From Candidatus Micrarchaeaceae archaeon (lineage in GTDB: Archaea; Micrarchaeota; Micrarchaeia; Micrarchaeales; CABMGC01): DNA of 39,594 nucleotides. The first letter of the stretch is position 1. Every line of letters starts with the position of its first letter. Position numbers and translations under genes: made by a program. Below, piece after piece: positions 26,879 through 34,079 of the stretch. The notes below the pieces were generated by a model that made no database searches, had not been told where the DNA came from, and saw nothing but the letters and a program-made list of their open reading frames with translations. The stretch is taken from contig JAVZPV010000001.1 in assembly GCA_038881385.1 (NCBI GenBank), positions 1 through 39,594 of the forward strand. The letters run 5' to 3'.

Positions 26879-27769
26879 TCACTTTAGCACTTTGTCAAAT
26901 CTTTTCAAGACCTGAGGTATGCTCTCTACTATGTCAGTAGAAATTATATGGTTTCCCATCCTCCTTGAAAGCATATCGCCTATTGCTGAATGCAGATAAG
27001 CTCCTGCAACAGCGGCCTGAAATGCGCTTGCACCTGTTGCGGCAAACCCAGCTATTATTCCTGTAAGGACGTCACCGCTGCCCATTGTTGAAAGAGCCAT
27101 AAACCTGCTCCTGTTTATTTTAACTTTGCTGCCGTCAGTTATCACTGTTTCATGACCTTTAAGCAGTATTACTGCATTAAGCCTTAATGCCAGCTTTACT
27201 GCTGCCTCTATCCTTTCATCAAGCCCTTTTCCTGATATACGGATTCCTGAGACGAACTCGAATTCGCTGTCATGAGGCGTAAGCACGGCATTTAGGTTTG
27301 GCTTCATTTTTGTTTCCCGTATAGACCTAAGTGCACCAGCATCTATGACCGTCTTTTTGCATGCAGAAAAGCAGAAATCGAGTATTTTTGCAGTTTCAGC
27401 TTTTGCTGAGCCTTTGGCTACAATGCCAGGGCCTATTGCCACAGCATCGGACCTTTCTATCGCTTTTCTTATTCTTTCATTGAATACTATATTTTTATTA
27501 CCCAATGCGCTTACAACCACCGCAGGGGATTGCATCCTTACTATATACTCTACAGCTTTAGGCACAAATGCGGTAACGTAACCTGCCCCTACCCTTAGCG
27601 CGGCGAGCGTCGCTAGGGAAGGTGCTCCGTGGTATTCACTGCTGCCTGCCACAACTGCAAGAACCCCGCGGCTTATCTTGTTCGAATAAATGCTTTTGGC
27701 CTGAACTGCTGTCCTAAGGTCAGCTGCGCTTGAAAACGACTTTACGATTTTATGCCGTCTGTTTCCCAT
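26879..27769 (-). CDS. nnrD: ADP-dependent NAD(P)H-hydrate dehydratase (YjeF C-terminal / carbohydrate kinase family)
   Basis: GVLAVVAGSSEYHGAPSLATLAALRVGAGYV...TPHDSEF...LLKGHETVITDG...GSGDVLTGIIAG. Confidence 0.85.
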   Translation of the reverse strand: MGNRRHKIVKSFSSAADLRTAVQAKSIYSNKISRGVLAVVAGSSEYHGAPSLATLAALRVGAGYVTAFVPKAVEYIVRMQSPAVVVSALGNKNIVFNERIRKAIERSDAVAIGPGIVAKGSAKAETAKILDFCFSACKKTVIDAGALRSIRETKMKPNLNAVLTPHDSEFEFVSGIRISGKGLDERIEAAVKLALRLNAVILLKGHETVITDGSKVKINRSRFMALSTMGSGDVLTGIIAGFAATGASAFQAAVAGAYLHSAIGDMLSRRMGNHIISTDIVESIPQVLKRFDKVLK

Positions 27770-27841
27770 ACTCGCAAACCCTTATATTTTATTGCATCCA
27801 ATAGCATATACTGGTCTCTTGCTATTATTAATGATGGTAGT

Positions 27842-28705
27842 ATGGTAAAAATCTACAAGTACAACAACAAGCTTGCCATATTCTTGCCTTTTGATGTAAT
27901 AAAGGAACTTGGATTATCTGAGAATGATGAGGTAGAGTTTTTCAGATTTAAGGGCAACTCTTATCTTTTTGCAAAAAAATCAGACATAGCAGATTTGCTT
28001 GTAGGGGAGAAACAGCAGCAGGCTATCCGTAAGCCTCCAAGCCAGAGTGCAGCAGAAAAGCCAGTTTTGAATGAAGAAGAAATTTCTGTGTTAAAGAAAC
28101 TTGACACTATAAGGTACAACCAGCGAACACAGGCAAACGTAGAGAAGCTATTGGACAGCAAAGAGCGGGACACGCTTAGGCAGCTTATGAAAAGGAAGAT
28201 TATCTCGCTTTTCATGAACGAGAAGGATGGAACCATGCTGCTTAGCATCTCAAAAGGCATATACGACCGGTTCCTAATGAGGAAAAGAAATGGGCAACAT
28301 GAAGCAAAACAGGCAAATGATGCAGAGGAACAGAGGTATGGGCTTCTTAGCGTGCGCGGCAATATTGACGATGATAATATCAAGAAGCTTGAGAAGGACG
28401 GGTATATAGTTCTGCAGACAGAAGGGGAGGCTGCTGCGGTATCAGCTGCATTGGAGGAAAGCATCAGGCATGGGCAGGTTTTTGGCACGCGTGCATTCAA
28501 CAGGAAGTTCTATATACTGCTCAGGCAGTTTCTTGAAAGATATTCCGCTTCTATTACAAAGGAATTGAGGGGAGGAGAGAAAAAGGTCTCGGAAATCGCA
28601 AGCAAGATAGGAATCGATGAGAATGGGGCCCGCGCGATTCTTTATTACATGGCCGAAACTGGAGACGTTAGCGAGAAGAAAAGGGATCTTTTCGTGCTTG
28701 CCTGA
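27842..28705 (+). CDS. hypothetical DNA-binding protein (AbrB/SpoVT-like N-terminus, winged-helix-like C-terminus)
   Basis: ORF 27752..28705 with ATG at 27842. MVKIYKYNNKLAIFLPFDVIKELGLSENDEVEFF is AbrB-like. The C-terminus KKVSEIASKIGIDENGARAILYYMAETGDVSEKKRDLFVL is wHTH-like. The middle is charged and helical. Confidence 0.4.
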   Translation: MVKIYKYNNKLAIFLPFDVIKELGLSENDEVEFFRFKGNSYLFAKKSDIADLLVGEKQQQAIRKPPSQSAAEKPVLNEEEISVLKKLDTIRYNQRTQANVEKLLDSKERDTLRQLMKRKIISLFMNEKDGTMLLSISKGIYDRFLMRKRNGQHEAKQANDAEEQRYGLLSVRGNIDDDNIKKLEKDGYIVLQTEGEAAAVSAALEESIRHGQVFGTRAFNRKFYILLRQFLERYSASITKELRGGEKKVSEIASKIGIDENGARAILYYMAETGDVSEKKRDLFVLA

Positions 28706-28707
28706 GC

Positions 28708-28857
28708 TTAGACCATGTGGTCAAGCACTATTATTACAATTGCGAAAACTGCAGTAGCTACTAGAATAAGCTTTGGGCTTAGCTTTGGCCCTCTTTCAGG
28801 TGCATCATAGAAACTTAAGATACCAGCTTGCTGTTGCGGGGTATTGAGCGTTGCCAT
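28708..28857 (-). CDS. secG: preprotein translocase Sec61-beta / archaeal SecG (49 aa)
   Basis: Below the ORF-track size cut-off. My translation is MATLNTPQQQAGILSFYDAPERGPKLSPKLILVATAVFAIVIIVLDHMV. This has the conserved aGl-x-x-Y-D motif, then K-hydrophobic-S-P, then a single C-terminal TM, as in archaeal Sec-beta. Confidence 0.6.
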   Translation of the reverse strand: MATLNTPQQQAGILSFYDAPERGPKLSPKLILVATAVFAIVIIVLDHMV

Positions 28858-29030
28858 TAAAACCAAACCAATACATATACGTGCATAAAAGATTTAAAAG
28901 GCAGGGATAAAAGTCATGCGGTTGCTAAAATGCTTCGCTAACCTATTCAGCCCTGAATTTAGGCACAGGCAAGGTATATAATATTTCCATGTTACCTATA
29001 TCAGTGACTGCTTAAGGCAATGGTTAGTCT

Positions 29031-29897
29031 ATGGCTCTTGATTTCTCAAGCGTAAGAATGCCTAAGGATGTATCCTCTGCTATAGTTGAAGTAAACAGGA
29101 AGATATCCGGTTTTGGATTAAATGCCTTTAGAAATAGGGAGCTCTATGAGCCGTCAGCACATCTGCTTCGCAGCAGGGGCAAGCTCATGAGGCCCTCGCT
29201 TGTCCTGCTTGGCGCGCATGTAACCTACCAAAAGGCAAGCAGTTTTGTTGATTTGGCTGCTGCAGCAGAACTGCTGCACATTTCCTCATTGATACACGAT
29301 GACATAATAGACAAGGATAGCTTTAGAAGGGGCTTAAAGGCTGTGCATGTCAAATTTGGCGTTGAACCGGCAATACTGGCAGGCGATGCCCTTATTGCAA
29401 AGGCCATCTTCGACGCATCTAAATACGGCGAGGAAGTAGTATGCAACATATCGAACGCAGCTATGGACATGTGCGCAGGAGAGGCGCTGGACTTTGCATT
29501 CCAGAAAAAAGGCATGGTACCGAGAAAAAGCGACTATATAAAAATTGCTGAGCTGAAGAGCGCATCTCTGATTGCATCTTGCTGCAATATTGCTGCCGTT
29601 TATAAAAAGGATGCCATTGCAAGAAACCTTTATTCTTTCGGAAGGAATATAGGCATTGCCTTTCAGATGAGAGATGACATACTCGACGGGTTTGAAAGCG
29701 CAGACATTGACTCAAAGTCAAAAAGGCCGAATATAGTAGTAACGCTTATGGAGCACTCTTCGCTTAAAGCAGAAGAGGCAAGGGAAAGAGCAACAGAATT
29801 GCATAACCAGTACATAGACAAGGCAATTAGTGAACTAGGCAACTTTGAATTCTCAGATCTTTTGGCTTCGTACGCAGACGCGGTGCGGATAAAGTAA
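29031..29897 (+). CDS. trans-polyprenyl diphosphate synthase (GGPP synthase-like)
   Basis: First Asp-rich motif LIHDDIIDKD and second Asp-rich motif FQMRDDILD. Product chain length cannot be read from the sequence. Confidence 0.85.
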   Translation: MALDFSSVRMPKDVSSAIVEVNRKISGFGLNAFRNRELYEPSAHLLRSRGKLMRPSLVLLGAHVTYQKASSFVDLAAAAELLHISSLIHDDIIDKDSFRRGLKAVHVKFGVEPAILAGDALIAKAIFDASKYGEEVVCNISNAAMDMCAGEALDFAFQKKGMVPRKSDYIKIAELKSASLIASCCNIAAVYKKDAIARNLYSFGRNIGIAFQMRDDILDGFESADIDSKSKRPNIVVTLMEHSSLKAEEARERATELHNQYIDKAISELGNFEFSDLLASYADAVRIK

Positions 29898-30590
29898 TTA
29901 TTTTATTCCGGTTATAAGGAATCCGACTCCAGATACAAGGTTGCGCACCTTGACTTTCTTAAACCCTGCCTGCTTGAGCATTCTCACTGCACCGTATTTA
30001 TCGAAATGGGTTATGCTGTAAAGCAGCCACCCATATGCATCTTTTCCTATAGCATAACCTACAGGCTTCATGAGTATACCGAAGTAGAATTGAAAAATAG
30101 CGCGCTGCACAAGGCTGTCTGGATTGCCCATTTCAAGGATTACAAACTTTCCCCCTTTCCTGAGTATACGCCGTAGCTCCTTGAAGAATGCTTCGAGGTT
30201 ATCGAAATTCCTCAAGGCAAAAGCGCATGTGGCTACATCAAAAGATGAACTGGCAAAACCCATAGCAAGGGCATCGCCATGCAGAAGCCTTATGTTGCGG
30301 ATCCCTCTATCGAGCACCTTCTTGCGCCCGGCTTCCAGCATTGAATCGTTGAAATCTATCCCGGTTATCTCAATAGGCTTGTTGAGGGCTGATGCCTCCG
30401 CCGAGGCCATTATTGCAAGTTCAGCTGTGCCTGTGGCTATGTCGAGCAGCTTGATTTTGCCTCCCGCTTCAAGCGCTTCGCCAACGGCTTCCTTCCTCCA
30501 GTAATTATCGATACCAAGGCTGTAGAGCCTGTTTGCCCAGTCATATCTGCTATGGTATTCAGTAAAAAGCTTATGAATGCGTTCGCTCAT
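29898..30590 (-). CDS. UbiE/MenG-family SAM-dependent methyltransferase
   Basis: YDWANRLYSLGIDNYWRKEA, SAM motif LLDIATGTAELAI, and FDVATCAFALRNF. Its stop abuts the stop of the convergent polyprenyl synthase. Confidence 0.75.
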   Translation of the reverse strand: MSERIHKLFTEYHSRYDWANRLYSLGIDNYWRKEAVGEALEAGGKIKLLDIATGTAELAIMASAEASALNKPIEITGIDFNDSMLEAGRKKVLDRGIRNIRLLHGDALAMGFASSSFDVATCAFALRNFDNLEAFFKELRRILRKGGKFVILEMGNPDSLVQRAIFQFYFGILMKPVGYAIGKDAYGWLLYSITHFDKYGAVRMLKQAGFKKVKVRNLVSGVGFLITGIK

Positions 30591-30749
30591 TTGCTTACCA
30601 CTAGATAAGGTTGCAATGAATACTTAAAAACATGTGCAGGCAGGGCCACATACTAGATATATTGTGTTTACTTTAGCCCTTTCTGGCAAACTGATGCGCG
30701 TTAGGTTAGAATTGTGCACTGTTTGCGTTTATCATGTTTTGCTTTTTAT

Positions 30750-31097
30750 CTACCTTGCAAGAAGCTTGTACACCTGCTGGCCCGCCTCGACTTTATATTT
30801 CAGCTTTATGCCTACCGAATCGCCCTCGCCGGCTTCCCCGACCTCGCTGTGGTTTATTTGCATGCTCGAGACTCTTTGCCTTATCGCCTCATCTTCTGTA
30901 CCTATCTCTATCAGGTCGCCAACCTTCAGCTGGCCTGTGAGCCTTACTGCAGCAACGCTTATCTTGCCAAAGAAGACCTCTACTATGCCTATACTGACCC
31001 GCTGCTGCACTGCGCCTGCATGCGCTGTTTCGCCACGGTCACGCTCCTCGAGTGCTTCTAGCGCATCAATTGTGCTATCAAGATCTGCGTTTTTCAT
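30750..31097 (-). CDS. small EF-Tu domain-2-like beta-barrel protein
   Basis: IGIVEVFFGKISVAAVRLTGQLKVGDLIEIGTEDEAIRQRVSSMQINHSEVGEAGEGDSVGIKLKYKVEAGQQVYKL fits the stand-alone translation-factor domain-II pattern. The three plus-strand ORFs over the same DNA are shadows. Confidence 0.55.
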   Translation of the reverse strand: MKNADLDSTIDALEALEERDRGETAHAGAVQQRVSIGIVEVFFGKISVAAVRLTGQLKVGDLIEIGTEDEAIRQRVSSMQINHSEVGEAGEGDSVGIKLKYKVEAGQQVYKLLAR

Positions 31098-31251
31098 ATT
31101 ACCGCAATCACACTTTCAGCACGCGCTTTAAAAAATCTATTGGCAATTGGCAGCATTCTGCGCAATAGCGATTTAAGCCTGTTTTGCAACTTGCACAGCA
31201 GCCAGTTTTTGCACTAGATTCGGCATATGTGTTTAGGCTGAGTAGGGGGTT

Positions 31252-31336
31252 AGCCTCCGGCGAGGATTGAACTCGCGACCTCGTCCTTTTCAGGAAAACT
31301 TACCAAGGACGCGCTCTACCACTGAGCTACAGAGGC
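31252..31336 (-). tRNA. tRNA-Thr (anticodon GGU) with a 13-nt intron at 37/38
   Basis: Minus-strand read: GCCTCTG-TA-GCTC-AGTGGTA-GAGC-G-CGTCC-TTGGTA[AGTTTTCCTGAAA]A-GGACG-AGGTC-GCGAG-TTCAATC-CTCGC-CGGAGGC-T. The discriminator U and the GCCTC..GTAGCTCAG body fit Thr. Intron at about 31288-31300. Confidence 0.75.
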
Positions 31337-31374
31337 ATTTCCGCATTTAACTTTATGTGAGAAGGCTATTAAAG

Positions 31375-32721
31375 TTATTTTCCAGCGGTAATTGCAACAG
31401 CCGGCTGCGGCTGCACGGCTTGGATAGGCACTGCTGCTCTTTTTTCGTTCGAAATGCATGCCTTAATAGGGAACACGCTCGTAAAGACCAGCGCTGCTGA
31501 TGCAAGAAACAATACCGGGAATCCGAAAACCTGTGAAACTGAAGCGGCGACCGCACCGAAAAAGTTGCCGATTGTTCCAACTCCGTTGTATATTCCAAGC
31601 GCATTGCCTCTCTTCCTGTTTCTGAGCGAGTCGAAAACCAGAGCATAAGAAGCGGTATAGTACAATGGGTAGGTAATGCCTGAGACAATTGCATATAGTA
31701 TTATGTTTGCGGTAAGGAAGCCTATTCCTGTAGTTATGAAGCTTATAGCTATGAAGGCGTAGGACAAAGACCTCATGTAACTCATGCCTGTGTATGATTT
31801 GTAGACATTTCCTTTATCTTCAGGCTGTATTGCGTAATGGAAAAATATAGTTTGAATAACTGAAGCGACAAGGATCACTAGGAAGACCTCAGATTCGGCA
31901 AGCCCGTGTATCTGCAATGAGGCCGGATACTCTGTATTGAACATGTTCGCCCCTATGCTGTAAATAAATGAGGAAACACAGAGCAGCAGAAATGTGTTGT
32001 TTATATATTTGCGCAAGCTTAGCCTGCTTGCCCTGACCAAGCCGTGGTCAACGCCTGACGCAGTGCTGAATCGGAATGGATACGAAAACATTGACACTAC
32101 GAGAGAGCTGGCATGCTTTAGTATTGACTCTTCCTTTGTCATGTTCACCATAGGCTCTATTATTAGCAAATTGGCAACTATTGCAGAGGCAAAAGAGGCC
32201 AGTGCAAAAACCAGTATAAGCAGCTTGAGCGTTGCCAACCCTGTGACTATCGCTGCGACGACAAGCCCCAATACCATTCCTAAATTTGAGACCATCTGCA
32301 GGTTAGAAAAGTTTCTCCCCCAATTGGCTTCCTTGTCTGTTTCCATTATGAGCAGGTTGTACGCTGTTGGGTTGGCCTGCTGAAATAGGGCTATTCCGGC
32401 ATAAAAAGCCATTATCATTGCTATAGATGAAGTGCTGAAGTATATTCCGACTAGCATGAGGGTTATGCCAAGATATGAGATAAGTATGAATGGCTTCCTC
32501 TTTCCTGTAAGGTCTGCAAGCCTGCCCCACATGAAGGAGCTTGCTATTGCAACTGCGTTGAAAGCGCTGACAGCTATAGCTATGGAAAGGACGGTTCCGC
32601 CAACAGAAAGAAGCAAAAGCGGTATGAACGTGGAAAGCGGAGCGTAGGCAAGGTTGGCTGGTATAGTTGTCAGCATCCACTTTGTATAGCCTGATGCTAG
32701 AAGCCGCGGGTTTTTGTGCAT
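31375..32721 (-). CDS. MFS transporter
   Basis: 448 aa, about 12 TM, with a GRLADLTGKRKP loop motif between TM2 and TM3 typical of MFS. Confidence 0.75.
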   Translation of the reverse strand: MHKNPRLLASGYTKWMLTTIPANLAYAPLSTFIPLLLLSVGGTVLSIAIAVSAFNAVAIASSFMWGRLADLTGKRKPFILISYLGITLMLVGIYFSTSSIAMIMAFYAGIALFQQANPTAYNLLIMETDKEANWGRNFSNLQMVSNLGMVLGLVVAAIVTGLATLKLLILVFALASFASAIVANLLIIEPMVNMTKEESILKHASSLVVSMFSYPFRFSTASGVDHGLVRASRLSLRKYINNTFLLLCVSSFIYSIGANMFNTEYPASLQIHGLAESEVFLVILVASVIQTIFFHYAIQPEDKGNVYKSYTGMSYMRSLSYAFIAISFITTGIGFLTANIILYAIVSGITYPLYYTASYALVFDSLRNRKRGNALGIYNGVGTIGNFFGAVAASVSQVFGFPVLFLASAALVFTSVFPIKACISNEKRAAVPIQAVQPQPAVAITAGK

Positions 32722-32854
32722 ATTATGGTCGCTTTGGCAATCGAAAAAACAAAAGACTGCCGCAAGTTACGGTTGATTATAATAATTTAAATACATTACC
32801 ACATCCCGGAATAGTGGCAGTAAAGGACATTGTTTGCTGGCGCTTAGAAAGGAT

Positions 32855-32960
32855 TGCAGGGGGCCGGATTTGAACCGGCGAAGGCGCTAAGCCACAGGAT
32901 CTTAAGTCCTGCGCATTTTCTGTGGCTGATTGAGTCCATTCCAGGCTCTGCCACCCCTGC
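32855..32960 (-). tRNA. tRNA-Leu (anticodon UAA), type II, with an insertion of about 19 nt (putative non-canonical intron) in the D-loop
   Basis: Minus-strand read: GCAGGGG-TG-GCA-[GAGCCTGGAATGGACTCAATCAGCCACAGAAAA]-TGC-G-CAGGA-CTTAAGA-TCCTG-TGGCTTAGCGCCTTC-GCCGG-TTCAAAT-CCGGC-CCCCTGC-A. All arms are canonical except a 33-nt D-loop, where I would expect roughly 13-14 nt. Insert at about 32920-32938. Confidence 0.7.
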
Positions 32961-33025
32961 AGGCATAACAACACATATCTATGCAGCCATAGATAAAAGC
33001 GTGCCGGATTGCCAGCAGGCCTGGC

Positions 33026-33763
33026 TTATGCATACATAGACGGGCCCTGGTCTTGTGGCGCTGCGCCGCTGAGAGTGTCGCTGGTGTCCTTCACTTTCTT
33101 TTGCAGGCTTCTTATCTTGGCCTCAACAAGCTTGGCCTCCTTCTCAAGGTCATCTAGATCTATTTCCATATTCATTATTTTGTTCAACCCAGCTATTGCC
33201 AACTCAGCATACCTTGGGTCAAGTATTGCTGGATTTACCTCTACAAGAAGGTTCATCGTAGGTATCTTGAACTGCTCTGCATTGGTCATTATTATGGCAC
33301 TTATTCCTGCTATTACACCCTCATCTATTGGCTTTATACCTGCATTTCCCGCTTTTTTTAGAAGCGCTGAATCAGGGGAGGCTATGTATACGCTGTTGCT
33401 GGGCTTTTGGGAAGGCATGCCACTTATCGAGACTATTTTTGATATGCCGTATTTTCTTATGAAATTCATAAGCTCCATGCTTAACTGGAATATGGCTTCT
33501 GAAGGAACTGTAAACTCTGCTATTATAAGCACGACCTTTGTATCATCATCCTTGTAAATCCTGGCAGGAAACATCGGGATGCCGTTATGTATTGTTGCTA
33601 TAGGCGGAAACATATCGCTTTCTATATGGCCGATATATTCCATTTTTAGCTTCTCTATTATGTAACTGCCTGCCATTGACCCTACGAGACCTGCGCCAGG
33701 GAAGGCCTCTATTAGGCTATATCCTTTTAGGCTGTACTCTTTGTTTAGTTTTATGCTGATCAT
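33026..33763 (-). CDS. PAC2-family proteasome assembly chaperone-like protein
   Basis: LIEAFPGAGLVGSMAGSYIIEKL near the N-terminus, and a coiled-coil C-terminus, as in archaeal PAC2/COG1938 proteins. Confidence 0.7.
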   Translation of the reverse strand: MISIKLNKEYSLKGYSLIEAFPGAGLVGSMAGSYIIEKLKMEYIGHIESDMFPPIATIHNGIPMFPARIYKDDDTKVVLIIAEFTVPSEAIFQLSMELMNFIRKYGISKIVSISGMPSQKPSNSVYIASPDSALLKKAGNAGIKPIDEGVIAGISAIIMTNAEQFKIPTMNLLVEVNPAILDPRYAELAIAGLNKIMNMEIDLDDLEKEAKLVEAKIRSLQKKVKDTSDTLSGAAPQDQGPSMYA

Positions 33764-34079
33764 GAATTCAGAATAATATTGTATCTATTTAAATTAATTG
33801 GTTCTTTGTGCGTAAACTGGCAGCACAAAGTGGATCTGCAGTTATTGCTGCAACCTGAATGCTACATGCTCCCTTTGCTATGGACCTCGGCGGATTTTAT
33901 GCCCAGAATATTGCGCTTGCCAACTTAGCTGATTAATAAGCGCCGTTGCAGTGCCTAAGGCAAAGTAACTGCATATTTACAAAATAACAATAAACAATCG
34001 ATATTGTGTAAAAATGTGATTGAGTTTAAATATGAGAAATTTCACCTATTAGTGTGGATTTCCTTATCTTGGAGAGATT

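Noticed and set aside
31252-31336. Alternative reading of the interrupted tRNA as tRNA-Phe(GAA)
   Set aside because: This is possible only with a non-canonical splice register. The acceptor and D-arm sequence and the U discriminator fit Thr rather than Phe, for which I would expect an A discriminator.
32777-33039. ORFs 32777..32974 (minus) and 32854..33039 (plus)
   Set aside because: They overlap the tRNA-Leu gene (32855-32960), and their openness is explained by it.
33764-34079. 316-bp intergenic region with hairpins considered as a structured ncRNA (RNase P RNA, SRP RNA, H/ACA or C/D sRNA)
   Set aside because: It is not GC-rich. I find none of the conserved RNase P or SRP motifs, nor a C box / D box pair. 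It is more likely a divergent promoter region for the PAC2 and Lrp-like genes.
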